Shown: positions 39,146-52,494, numbered from the stretch's first letter. The stretch is DNA of 64,000 nucleotides from Octopus sinensis (GCF_006345805.1 NC_043008.1:67022001-67086000), one strand, 5' to 3'. A program made the numbers and translations. The notes: generated by a model from the letters alone, not told the origin.

Positions 39146-39478
39146 TTCATTATTTACGTTATTTACAATTGACAGGTATTTGTCCTCATCTTGTTTGTTG
39201 TTAACACAACGTTTTGGCTGATATACCCTCCAGCCTTCATCAAGTGTCTTGGGGAAATTTCGAACCTGAGTTCTAATTCCTAAGGTATTTTTTGATGTTA
39301 TTATTATTATTATTATTCAGGTCACTGCTTGGAATCAAACTCAGAATCTTGGGTTAGTAGCTCACGCTCTGAACCACTACGCCATATGCCTGTGGGTGTA
39401 TCAGCTAAAACGTTGTGTTAACAACAAACAAGATGAGGACAAATATCCGTCAACTGTAAATAATGTAAATAATGTACA
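39146..39478. mobile_element. Penelope-like inverted terminal repeats enclosing a short tRNA-derived SINE
   Basis: 39146-39230 is mirrored by 39394-39478; hammerhead-like motif at 39203-39248; tRNA-like head (GGCATATGGCGTAGTGGTT...GAGTTTGATTCC) on the minus strand at about 39315-39390. Confidence 0.65.
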
Positions 39479-39854
39479 TAATATACATAATTGCTCATCT
39501 CTTAAATATAGAACTGTATCACATTTGTTGTTGATAACTATTATATGGTTTGGCATGGGTAACAATGAACTATTTAAAATTCTATAAGGCTAAGTTTTGT
39601 TTTAGGTTATGAATGAACTTAGATAAAGAACTGCTGTTAGTTTTCGGTCAAGATTTAATGCTAGAATAGTGATTATCAGCTCTGACCTTAAAGGTGGGGC
39701 TGCACAAGCTAATATATACATACTTGGAATATTCTGTGGATGCCAAGTATGCATATATCAGTTTGTGCAGCACCACCTTCAAGGTGGTAACCACTATTCT
39801 AGCTTTATACATGCATACATACATATATACATACATAAATACTTTCTTTCTTTT

Positions 39855-40163
39855 TTTTTTTCGCCCTTTTCAAGCCTAGTCAGGCTCATAGGCCCAGTTT
39901 CCCGATTTCTGTTGCGTATGTGTTCCCCCCAGCTGAACAGGATGCCAGTCCATCGCAACATTACTCAAGAAACAGGAAGAGAGAGTGAGAGAAAGTTGGG
40001 GCAAAAGAGTACAACAGGGCTCGCCACCACCCCCTACTGGAGCCTCATGGAGCTTTAGGTGTTTTCGCTCAATAAACACACACAACGCCCAGTCTGGGAA
40101 TCGAAACCACGATCCTCCGACCGCGAGTCTGCTGCCCTAACCACTGGGTCATTGCGACTCCAC
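39855..40163 (-). mobile_element. tRNA-derived SINE family B
   Basis: Homologous to 5815-6105. Confidence 0.85.
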
Positions 40164-40210
40164 AAATACATGCATATATACATACATACATACATACATA
40201 CATACATACA

Positions 40211-40241
<31 letters not shown>

Positions 40242-40289
40242 GTTCCCTGAAGACTTGAAGAAGACAGTATTATTGATATGATTGCTGCA

Positions 40290-40810
40290 TCACATCACAC
40301 TTCAAAGGCTATCCATTTACAATCCAAGAGCATGAGATTACTAAAAAATATCTAATAAATAAGACAGTGAAGGATGCCTTTGGTGCTCCAAGATGCAACC
40401 AAAACTGTAAATTGTCATAATTCTGTGGATAGTAGCTGCCTAAAAATGTTATCAAGTTACTAGCACTCTATGCAACACAAAGTTGTTACAAAAACAATAT
40501 ACAATGCCATATAGAAGACAGGCTGTCCTGGAATAAATAGAGAGAATACCCATTATTGATTACACACACAAACATCAACACAAAGAATATTGGTGGAACA
40601 TTCCCATTGAAACAGCTGTGAAGTGTTAATAAGAGAGGCCAGATATTGCTATTTGGGGCTTATAAGAAAAAGTATATGCCATCATAGATGTTAGCTGTCC
40701 TGCTGATGCAAAGGGAAAGAGGATAACTATGGACAACTACTTCAAAACCTCCAGCTTCTGTATCCAGATTGTAAATTCACATTTATACATTAATAGTTGG
40801 TACAGTGAAG
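40290..40810 (+). pseudogene. C-terminal relic of a restriction-like-endonuclease (NeSL/R4-type) non-LTR retrotransposon
   Basis: TIQEHEITKKYLINK..PRCNQNCKL, then SSC.KM.S..., EYWWNIPIETAVKC...RPDIAIW and IIDVSCPADA segments in shifting frames: CCHC knuckle followed by a PD-(D/E)xK-type region. Confidence 0.6.
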
Positions 40811-41130
40811 GCACATAGTTTAGTGGTTAGGGTATTCAGCTCACAATCGTAAAGTTGTGAGTTCAATTCCTGGTGATGTACTGTGTCCTTGGGCAAGATA
40901 CTTTATTTCATATTGCTCCAAACCACTCAGCTGGCAAAAATATGTAGTACCTGTATTTCAAAGGGCCAACCTTGTCACAATCTGTGTCATGCTGAATCTC
41001 CCTGAGAACTATGTTAAGGATATATGTGTTTGTGGAGTGCTCAGCCACTTGCATATTAATTTCATGAGCAGGCTGTTCCATTGATTGGATCAACTAGAAC
41101 CCTCATCGTCATAACCGACAGAATGCCTAA
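40807..41130 (+). mobile_element. tRNA-derived SINE (distinct family)
   Basis: TAGTTTAGTGGTTAGG A-box, GAGTTCAATTCC B-box, CCTTGGGCAAG core. Confidence 0.65.
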
Positions 41131-41703
41131 GTGACAATCTGGATATGCTAGAGTTTTCAGAAAAAGAAATCAACTAACTCACACATTTCAAATACAATCT
41201 CTAAGTGGAACAGTAAAAATATGCAAGACTTTTCTTAAGTTTAAAATGTAATATTACTTTTGTTATCTACGTTTCAACAATGGAGCATTACATCTTTGTT
41301 AGAAACCAGCTCGTTTCTCAGAGGAAGAAGTTAAAAAATTAAAAATAGAAGAGAACAAATGAACATACATACATATGTGCATACATACACACACACACAC
41401 ATACATACATATTTATTTTACACAAAAGCAGAGAAAACCAGACAGAGACAAAACAAAGCACTTTCACATTTCACAATTTTTTAACTCCTCATTTTTCTGT
41501 TCAATATTTAAAAGTTTATTAAATGTTTTTAAAGTTATTTCACTGTTTCTCTCTTTTAATCTTACAAAATGTCGAAGATTTATTTCACTAAGTATTCATT
41601 TCCTTTTTTTGCATTTTATTATTATATTAGTTTTCCTTTTTTAGATTCATTTAAGAACATGTTGAGCAATGTAACTTTTTTTTATATCCCCCCAAATATG
41701 AGA

Positions 41704-41792
<89 letters not shown>

Positions 41793-42368
41793 TTATGTAT
41801 GTATATGTGCTTCTATTATCTATATTAAGTTTTGAGACCTTTTATTAAATTTGCTATATTGTTCAGATTTGTCTTGGAGTAACATTTTAGAAATTTACAA
41901 TATTTAGAATAGTTGTGATAGTTATTTCTAGACCTTAACTATTGAAGCTGTTAATAATCTTTTCTACTCTAGGCACAAGGCCCGAAATTTTGGGGGAGGG
42001 GGCAAGTCGATTAGATCGACCCCAGTACTCAACTGGTACTTAATTTATCAACCCTGAAAGGATGAAAAATAAAGTCGACCTTGGTGGAATTTGAACTCAG
42101 AATGTAGCAGCAGATGAAATACCACTAAACATTTTGCCCAGTGTGCTAAGGATTCTGCTAGCTCACCACCTTTTGAAGCTGTTAATAATGTTTTTTTCAA
42201 AAGGCAGAGAACTGGCAGAATCATTAGCATGCCAGGTATGATGCTTAGAGGCCTTTCTTTCTGAGTTCAAATTCATCGACATCAACTTTGCCTTTCATCC
42301 TTTCAGGATTGATAATATAAGTACCAGTTGAGCACTGGAGTTGATGTAATCAACTTAACCCTCCCCCA

Positions 42369-42620
42369 AAATTGCTGTCCTTGTGCCAAAATTTGAAACC
42401 AGTAATGTCTTTTCTAAATGGATCTAAAGTACGTCCATTGGCTTACTGGAATATGTCGAACCTATCATCTCCATAGAAGCTTATATCTATTTTAGTGAGT
42501 TTTGTTATTGATGTATCTAAGATCTATGAGGCTACATATCTCGGCATTGTCAAACAACTCCATACTAACATTGGATGAATTTTAAGGAGTTTGGATTTTT
42601 TAGCCCAGGTAAAAACTTTG
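42369..42620 (+). repeat. About 250-bp segment repeated at 44699-44945 and partly at 44458-44610
   Basis: AAATTGCTGTCCTTGTGC..CCAGTAATGTC..CATAGAAGCTTATATCTATT..GCATTGTCAAA shared between copies. Confidence 0.85.
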
Positions 42621-44295
42621 TTATGTGACTGGTACTTTCTTTAACAATCTTGAGAAAAAAATGCAAGGTAAAATGAAAGCCCTAAAGAGACAAGACTTGA
42701 CACCATGACAGAAGGCTAAAAATATAGACACTGAGATGAAGAATAAGACAGTCACCATTTTTCATTTTTTTTATATTTACTTTTTGGTTTCACTGACATT
42801 CTGGCAAATTCATGATAAAGTTTATGTACACAAGACAAGTCATTGATGTATAGAGGGAAGAGATTACATGAGGTTCATGCTTTTGCAAAAATATTAATAG
42901 TTTAAGTGAAATAAATTAGCTTCCATCAGCTCATGAACTAAGCACAAGAGCAAACAGGGAATCACAGGGAAAACAATACTTTGTAAAGAGTATTAATGGT
43001 GTTAGTGAAATGAGCTAGATTCCACAAGGAATTGAAACCAGTTTGTCATTTTGACTTGTTGGTAATTTATCATGTGCTCTTTAGCACAAACTCTCCTTGT
43101 AACCCAACACAATGATAGAAACTAGAAAATCTTAAATTCTTACAGCTTCTTGAAAACATCTCCTCCCTGACGCCAGCATATATTTTAGGAGAGAATATTA
43201 AGAATTCCTCTGATGTAAACAGTTTTCAATTCACAAGTGAATAAATTGAAAATCAAAAGTAGAAAACTAAAATTAAGATGAGGAAGAGAAAGGAAAGAAG
43301 GAAGGAAGGAAAATAAGATTTTGAAATGTTAGCATCACATGAAAGAAATGGGATTTCAGAGATGAAGTAGAAAAAAGATTGTTATTAGAATTTCAAATAT
43401 TATACAAGTTTAATTCCGTTTTTTTAGAATTTATTTTTATTTCAAAAATTTTTCTGAAATTTTTTTATCATGTTTTTGCATTTTAGAGAATATCTTATAT
43501 CTTGTATTTAATATTTGCCAATAAATAAATAAATAAATAAACAGAAATTTTAAAGCTAAGAAAATTTTAGTCAATCATAGATTTTCTTATATAAAAGATC
43601 TCTTGTGATCTTCAAGTTGTTCTGTTGTGATTTTTGTCTTTTTTTCTCAAACTCTTTTTTGCTTTGTTGTTGATTTGTTTGTTTGCTTGTTAAATCTGTG
43701 TGGAGAGCAGTATATAAGTTTGTAGATATTTATAATGTGCACACAGAAGTAATATATTACAAGTATTCATTTGTATTGATATATATATGTCTTTTGTTAT
43801 AGGTACATATGCATATATATATATATGTGTGTGTGTGTGTACATACACACACATATATACTTATATTACTATAGGGCTGTACCAAAATTGTTTAGACATC
43901 AAATGTAAGAAATACTTTTTTTTAAATTGATACCAGAAGCTATTCATTGAGTGATAACTTAGTTCACATGACCACAAAAATCTTTTTGATGCATTTTTCA
44001 AGAAGAATTATTACCCAAATTCCCTCAGTATTATACTGACTTATACTAAGGCTTCATAATATATTAACCGTGCTAGGTTATTATCACTGTTTGACAAAAT
44101 CCATTCCTATCCAAGATATACAAATTAAGAACTATACTCCTGACAATCTAACAGAAGCCATTATTCTGCTGTGCTGCCGCTCCTCATATCAATGTTTTGT
44201 ACATTGCAGTACCTATTTTCTGTTAGAAGATGGTTAAGTAATCAAGAATTCTAGTTAACATGCCTTGGCCACTATGATCACATGGTAATCATAAA

Positions 44296-45119
44296 TGCAA
44301 GCGGCAGAAATGGTGTTCCTCCAAAGGGATCTCTGGAGTAATGTTACTCAACAGGATGTATAGCTCAGAGATCAGGGAATCCCACCAGGTCAAACCTTAC
44401 TTCTCTCCACATTGAAAGATTGCATTTTGAGAATGTTGCAGGAAAGAACCGCAAGATTTCCAGAGAAGCTGATATCTATTCTGGTAAATTTTGTTATCGA
44501 TGTGTCTAAGATATATAGATTTATGAGGTTGCATATCTCTGCATTGTCAAACAACTCTATATTAACATTATGGAGTTTGGAATTTTTACCCCAGGTGAAA
44601 ACTTGGTTGCAAAGCAACGAAAATTCTGCTCTTTGACCAAAATTTTTGTGTCAGCACAAAGCCTTATATGAGAAAGGGAGAGAAAGTATTCTATTATGAA
44701 ATTGCTGTCCTTGTGCTAAAATCTGAAACCAGTAATGTCCTTTCTAAATGGATTTAAAGTATGTCCATTGACCTGCTGGGATATAACAAACCTATCATTT
44801 CCATAGAAGCTTATATCTATTCTGGTGAATTTTGTTATCAATATATCTAAGATGTATAGATCTATGATGCTGCATATCTCTGCATTGTCAAATAACTCCA
44901 TACCAACATTGGATGAATTTATGGAATTTGGATGTTTTAGCTGAACTAATTAACAGGAGACCTAGGGGTAGACCAAGAATGAGCTGTCTGGATAATATCC
45001 ATAGTCTCAATTGGTCATACTTGAGAATCAAGCCAGAAAGTCTAACAGTGGTTGCTCCTGATAGGACCCTATTCAGGAGGTACCTGAGAGCTCTACTCAC
45101 AAAATCCTCTCAAGAATAG
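44296..45119 (+). pseudogene. RTE-clade LINE ORF2 C-terminus, interrupted by the duplicated segment
   Basis: AAEMVFL..ISGVMLLNRMYSSEIRES..LHIER..RMLQERTAR before 44456; RRPRGRPRMSCLDNI..APDRTLFRRYL* after 44925. Confidence 0.8.
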
Positions 45120-46005
45120 CAGGCAAGGAAGGTGGATGGATAAGCTTTATGATCTAATGTTTTCTTATATATCTTATCACCATTATGATTTTTTTTAGGC
45201 TTGGCTGTGTGGAAAGAAGTTTACTTCCCGATCAAATGGTTCCAGGTTCAATCTTACTTCATGGTACTTTGGGCAAGTGTCTTCTACTCTAGCCTCAGGT
45301 CAACAAAAGCTTTGATGGAAACTAATAGAAGCCTGTCATATATATGTGTGTGTCTTTGTGTTTGTCCCCTACCAAAACTTGACAGTTTGTGTTGGTTTGT
45401 TTACATCACCATATCTGAGCAGTTTGGTATTACTGAGACCCCCTTCGATCATGACTGACCATGGGATTGCACCTAGGAAGTTACCCTCCCATGCACAAGT
45501 CCTGGCAAGGAGTCATTACTGAGACCCCCTTTGGGTCAGTTTGGTATTAGAGACAAATAGAATAAGTACCAGACTTAAAAGAAATAAGTACTGGAGTCAA
45601 TTAATTCACTTAAAAGCCTTTAAGGTGGTGACCCGAGAGGCCCACAGTCCAATGACTGATACAAGTAAAAGATAAAAGATAACAAAAACATATTTTGAAT
45701 GATAGTCTCACCTGACTGAGTAGATAACTATATCAAATTAGATATCAAAGATACAGTCATCTCTGGTACTTTGCTGAGTTCATGACCAAAGTACATAACT
45801 GTCAATGCCTGAGTCTACTTGACAGAAATAATCTTGAGTTCAATTCATGCTCTAAGCACAACACAAAGAATTAAAATTCTTTGATACTTTGTATAAAGAC
45901 AAAATACACTGTTATTTCAATAATGTAATAAACATTACAATCCGGTTTCCATTCCACATGTAACCTTGAGCAAAAACAAATATCACATGGTCCTACTATT
46001 GCTCT

Positions 46006-46233
46006 TTAACGCTTTAGCATTCAGATTATTCTGTCTAATATAATATTTATTTATTTATACCATTTTGAATTAGTCATGCAGTAATTAATAGCTGTAAGAT
46101 TTCAATGATGTGATAGTATAATTTTGTAATGACATTGTAGGGTAGATGTGAGAGGTTGGATCTGACCAGTTTGAACATAAAGCAGATAAAATATTTGGGC
46201 TGGATAGTGCTAGTTTGAATGCTAAAGGGTTAA
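46006..46233. mobile_element. piggyBac-type MITE with TTAA target duplication
   Basis: TTAA-CGCTTTAGCATTC at left, GAATGCTAAAGGG-TTAA at right. Confidence 0.85.
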
Positions 46234-46997
46234 TTTTCACACCTGACTATTTCTCTTAAGAAAAGCTACAAAAGCCATACAGTCCTACTGGATGATAGCA
46301 GCAGCAGCAGAGATGACATGGTTCCAAACTAAATCATAGGTAACCCCTTGGCAAGGCTTGGCACCTGGTAACCACCCAAGGTGGAGTTACATTGAAATTA
46401 CGGGATACAGCATGGAACATGTAGACTATTTTAGCAGACAAATTTATTGAGTCAATGGCAAATATCGCTAGATGCTAAGCAGATGAACACTCAACAAACT
46501 TTCAATGACCAGGATCAACCAGTGCAGTTTGCCAACTACTGCAATCTTTTGTAGTCATGACATGCACAAATAAGACAGTCAGCTTTCAATAGACTCATTG
46601 ATTCAGGCAAGTTACAGAACCATATAATAATGATGAGAGATGACTTGGTAAAAATTTTACAATATTTAGTTTCATCCCTTTGTGTTCTGAATTCACATCA
46701 TCCTAACATCAACTTTGTCTTTCACCTTTGCCAAGATTGATATCAAATAAAGGACTGATATAATCAACTACACACTTCTCTTAAAACATCTGCACCTTTG
46801 TGCAAATTTAGAAGTCATTATTATCATCATCATTGTTATATTATTAAGTCAGTGGATCCTGCTGAAGTTAGCTTTGTCCTTAACGCTCTGGGATCAATAA
46901 AATAAAATACCAATTAAGGAACAAAGCAATCAACTCCCCAACACCTTGTAATTGCTGGTCTTGGGTCTAGATTAAGAACAATAACAATAACAATAAC

Positions 46998-47051
<54 letters not shown>

Positions 47052-47067
47052 CATCATCATCATGTTT

Positions 47068-47760
47068 CTAAGGTGGAGAGCTGGAAGAATGGTTAGCACA
47101 CTGGGCAAAATGCTTGGTGGTATTTCATCTGCCACTAGGTTCTGAGTTCAAATTCTACCAAGGTCAACTTTGTCTTTCATCCTTTCAGGATCAATAAATT
47201 AAGTACCCCTCAAGTACTTGGGTCGATGTAATTGACTATCCCCTCCCCAAAAATTCCAGGCCTTGTGCCTATAGTAGAAAGGATTATTATTATTATTATG
47301 TTTAGAGGCATTTCATCTGCTTTTACCTTCTGAGTTTAAATGCAGCCAAGGTTGCCTTCCATCTTTTCAGGGTCGATAAAATATGTACCAGTTAAACACT
47401 GGGGTCAATATAATCAACTAGCCTCCTCCCGCCAAATTTGAGGCCGTCTGCTTATAGTAGAAAGGATTATTATTATTATTATTATTATTATCAAGACTGG
47501 GAGCTGGCAGAATCGCTTGCATGTGGGGACAAAATACATAGCAACCTTTCATCTGGCTTTATGTTCTGAGTTCAAATCCCACCAAGGTCAATCTTGCTTT
47601 CCTCCTTTGAGGTCAATAAAATAAGTACCAGTCAAGAACTGAGATTGATGTAATCAACTAGCAACCTCCCTTCAAAATTTCAGGCCTTGTGCCTATATTA
47701 GAAAGTATTATTATTATTATTATTATTATCATTATTATTATTATTATTATATTTTCATAT
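47068..47760 (+). mobile_element. Head-to-tail cluster of three family D SINEs with tail type B, separated by (ATT)n
   Basis: Each copy ends (G)CCTT/GTC..TATA(G/T)TAGAAAG(G/T)ATTATTATT. Confidence 0.8.
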
Positions 47761-48806
47761 ATAAAATCAATATTCACAAATGGAAAACATGACTTTTAGT
47801 TTCCTTTCTCTATATGTGTGTGCAAGTGTGTTTATGAGCATGTGCGCATATGTGTACAAATGTATATATCCATGTGTGTGTGTGTGTGTGTGTGTGTACA
47901 TATGCACTCATGTTTGGCATGGCGAAAATGTTAGAGCAAAAGTGGGAACTTTAAGATTCATCACACGAATTAGCTTATTAAGCACAAAATTTCAAGTTTT
48001 CTATAAATAGTAATTCTGTAGAAATGTCACGTCTCTCATCAAAGAAAACATGGGTGATTCTAACTATTTCTAATCTCTTTCTTGATATCAATAATAAAAG
48101 TCTTTGTAAAGATCTTTCTTTGTTTTTAATTTGATATGATTAAAAACATCAACAGCATATATCTCTTAAAGTATTTTATTGATCATGTTGGTTTTTATGC
48201 TAAGCAAAAGGTAAAGTTTTGAACTGAAGATCGAATCATCAATTAAACTGTCTTAGCATATCACTGATGCTAAAACAATAAGTTTTATGTTTGTTCACCA
48301 CCCAACACTGGCTTCAGTTAAATGAAAGCTCTCTGAGAATCATGGGTTGTTAATTCTAAACATTTAGTAGAAGCAAATCCAAAACTGAATTTCTGGTGAT
48401 GCCTATTGGGGCAGAAGTAAATGCCCATGACTATCCTCTTATCTCCAGATAATAAACCAGTTCTTTTGCTTAATGGCAGTGCCAATGGGGATTTATAGAG
48501 TTTTAAAAAATGATACAGGGTTACAAATTTTATAGGACAGTAAATGGTTTATTTTAATGTCAGACGGAAAGAAAGCAGGTAAAAGCAGTCCTCATGGTAT
48601 TTGAACTCCAAACATGAAACAAAAACAACTAAATGTGTTACAGTTTTTAATCCACTGTTCCACCCTTCCTTCTGCGCACCCCACTTTCTAACATTGGTAC
48701 AAAGCCACATATTTTGAGTGAAACTCTGGCTGAAAAGTGGTAGCTGGTGGGGTCAGTAGAATGCTACTTGAACACAAACCTAAGTATGATCAACCTAAGC
48801 CATCAG

Positions 48807-48857
48807 GTTGCCTTGATGAGGGTACATGCTGTAAGACCTGAAACAGCCAGTAACAAC
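48807..48857 (+). ncRNA. Decayed type I hammerhead-like motif
   Basis: GTTGC-CTTGATGA-GGGT..ACCT-GAAA-CAGCCAG-TA-ACAAC: stems I and II partly intact, core mutated. Confidence 0.4.
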
Positions 48858-49603
48858 AGGATCCAAGCATTATATATGTAGATGCATGTTGAACCAACCT
48901 AGTGTTTCATAATTTATAAATCCTACAGACATGAAAGATAAAGGCGGCATTAGCAGGATTTGAAATCAGAATGTAAATGGTTATAATTAAATACTGCAAT
49001 GCATTTTTCTGATACTCTACCAATTATTCCAAATTTATTGCCCTGAGTCAGATTAATATTAAAGCCAGAACTCAGTTCTAGTCATAAGATACTCTACTGG
49101 CCAGCCTCGTCAAGACTACAGCTACAGTATAATAAACTGGATGTTCAGTGAACTGAAGAGCCTTGATATGAAAACCAGAAAACTACACACTGCATTCCAA
49201 ACCCACCAATGTAAAGTCAAAATAATTAGGATGTAGGTACCACACACAAACAAAAGAATGGGGTAAATGAAAATACACAGCTATTACAAAATTAATGACA
49301 CAATCTACAAAACTAATTAGAACCAAACGTTAACTGATTTATGCAAGATAGCTTGAAGAAAATACTTTTCTCAGTTTTTTTTTCCCTTCATTCTTGTATG
49401 CTTTTATTTGTTACAGTTATTGGGTGGTAGCCATCCTGAGACACCTCCTTGAGGGGAATTAGTTAAGAAAAGCTGACCACAGTACTTATTTTGTTCTAGT
49501 TACTATATTTGCCAAACCACCATGTTGCTGGAACATAAACAAACCAGTTGCCAAGCAGTGAATGGACAAACACCACAAAGACACACACCCACACACACAC
49601 ACA

Positions 49604-49655
<52 letters not shown>

Positions 49656-50636
49656 ACATCTATATCTTGTGAAAGCAATGAAGAAAAATAAAATGAAAGG
49701 CCACAGAAGGGACAAGTTTTAACAAATAATATATTAGTTTAAAGCATAAAAAGAAAGGGAAAGAGTATTTTGGACACTAGTCCTTCAGCAGAAGAAAAGC
49801 ATAGGAGCATAAAGGAAGAGTTTTCAATTGGAAAAGTGGTTTGGAAAATAAAATAAGCAACAAGTTTGAAGAATACTTTGTGAATGAATTTGGTGGCTGG
49901 AAACTGTGTGAAGCCCATTATGCATGTGCATGTGAGTGTGTGTGTCTGTGTGTACATGTCTTTTGTGTGTGTGTGTGTGCATGTGTATGTATTTTTACAA
50001 AATTGTAGAGTGTGTTTGAGATAGTTTTGGCTGCTATTTCTAGCAGTTCATATAGATTCTCTTTCATTTCCTTATCATTCCAGCTGCTTGTCATTATTGC
50101 TGCAGAAGATGTTGCTGTTGCTGTTGTTGTTGTTGTTGTCATCGTCAGCGAGAATTACTTCCAATTTCACTGTAGAGTGTGAAAAAGACAGTTATATATA
50201 GAAGTTGGTGATCCCAATAAGATGAGTTCAGTAAAGCTCAAGGGATCAGAACTGTCAAATGTGATTATTCAGAGTGAGATACTGTTGACACCGCATCACT
50301 GAAATAGAAACAATGCTTGTGGTTGCTGTTATTGTTCTTATTGTCCATGATTACGTTGATATTGTTGATGATAATAATGTTGCTTGTTGTTGATACTGAT
50401 GTTATTGATAACAACATTGTCTTTCCCACTTTTGTTGTTGTTGCTGTTTTTGAACTTCATGATGTTGTTCTGTTGCCTCTATAGTGGTGGTCATGATTGT
50501 AGTTGATGTTGATCTTCATGTTATTCTTGTTGTCGACACTATGGTTATTGATAATGCTATTTCTATTCCTGTTGTTATTGACGCTGCTGCCACTGTCATT
50601 ATTGTTGCTTCTGTTCCTAAAATTTTACTCTTTTAT

Positions 50637-51043
50637 TTAAGGCTGGCAGAATCGTTAGCACGAAATGCTTAGCGGTATTTCATCTGCCGTTACGTTCTGA
50701 GTTCAAATTCTGCCGAGGTCGACTTTGCCTTTCATCCTTTCGGGGTTGATTAAATAAGTACCAGTTACACACTGGGGTCGATATAATAGACTTAATCCGT
50801 TTGTCTGTCCTTGTTTGTCCCCTCTGTGTTTATCCCCTTGTGGGTAGTAAAGAAATAAGTATTTCGTCTGCCATTATATTTTGAGTTGAAATTCCGCTGA
50901 GGTCGACTTTGCTTTTCATCCTTTCGGGGTTGATAAATTAAGTACCAGTTATGCACTGGGGTCTATGTAATCGACTTAATCCCTTTGTTTGTCCTTGTTT
51001 GTACCCTCTATGTTTAGCCCCTTGTGGGCAATATTGAAATAAG
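50637..51043 (+). mobile_element. SINE family D with two 184-bp units
   Basis: Units start at 50675 and 50859. Confidence 0.85.
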
Positions 51044-51412
51044 AATTTTTAGCATGCTGGACGAAATGATGCTAAGCCTTTCGTTCATATTTGCATTCTG
51101 AGTTCAAATTCCAGCAAGGTCAACTTAGCCTTTCATCCTTTCAGAGTTGATAAAATAATGAATCAGTTAAGCACTGGGGTTAATGTAATCGACTTACCCA
51201 CTCCCCCAAAATGGCTGGCCTTGTGCCAAAATTTAAAATTATAATTACTACCATTATTAAGACAGCAAGCTAGCTGAATAATTAACATGTCAAACAAAAT
51301 GCTTAGTGGCATTTCATCTGTCTTTACAGAAGAAATCGATGTAACCGATTTATCCACTTCCCCCAAATTGCTGGTTTTGTGCCAAAATTTGAAACCATTA
51401 TTAAAACCATAT

Positions 51413-51830
51413 AGGCATAGGAGTGGCTGTCTGGTAAGTAGCTTGCTTACGAACCATATGGTTTCGGGTTCAGTCCCACTGTGTGGTACCTTAGGCAAGT
51501 GTCTTCTACTATAGCCTCGGGCCGACCAAAGCCTTGTGAGTGGATTTGCTAGATGGAAACTAAAAGAAGCCCATCGTATATATGTATATATATGTATATA
51601 TTTATGTGTGTGTGTGTGTATACGTTTGTGTATCTGTATTTGTCCCCCCAACATTGCTTGACAACCAATGCTGGTGTGTTTACGTCCGCATAACTTAGCA
51701 GTTTGGCAAAAGAGACCGATACAATAAGTACTAGGCTTACAAAGAATAAGTCCTAGGGTCGATTTGCTCGACTAAAGGCGGTGCTCCGGCATGGCCACAG
51801 TCAAATGACTGAAACAAGTAAAAGAGAAAA
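51413..51830 (+). mobile_element. SINE family A, near full length
   Basis: Homologous to 4387-4762. Confidence 0.85.
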
Positions 51831-52494
51831 AAGTAAGAGAGAGACCATTATTGTTGTGAGGGTGCATGGCCGAGTGGTTAGAGTGTTGTACTCACGATTA
51901 CGAGATCATGATTTCAATTCCTAGACTGGGTGGTGCATCGTGTTCTTGAGCAAAACATTTCATCTTGCATCACTCTGTGATCACGTCAACACCTGATGTT
52001 TGGTACACAATGCACCTGTTCAGGCAACATCGATTTGATGGAGAGAGTGAGCTAATGTACGGTACATACATTTGATCACTATAAACAAATCATTTATGCA
52101 GATTGCCTGGCAAAAGCTGAACATTCATACATCGTCTTCAATGGGAGAGTCCATCATTGTTGTTAACACTGTTGTTATTGTTATTACTCTGCTGTTGTCT
52201 TCTTCTTCTTCTTCCAATCAGGACTCACGCCATTAGCCACAAAGAATAATCTCTAGTTCGAGCCTACTCTAAGCTACTAAGAATGTGTGTGGCAACTTGA
52301 AGATCCACCCACCACATGCGATAGACTGGCGGTTGCACGGGCATGAAAGCTACGTTGTTATCCTCATTCCGTAAATGGTGGCTTTTAACGGGTGGAGAGC
52401 TGAACCATCCTGAGGTACAGAGGATTCACAATCTAGACTAGGGTCTGAAAGTTTACCACACCATAGTGGGTTACACCATGGTTCCTCTGCTTTG

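Noticed and set aside
50100-50672. ORFs over (GTT/GAT/GCT)n-rich sequence (also 52662-52991, 46914-47135, 60730-61032)
   Set aside because: Degenerate trinucleotide tracts giving poly-V/I/L/T/P runs, without splice or homology support.
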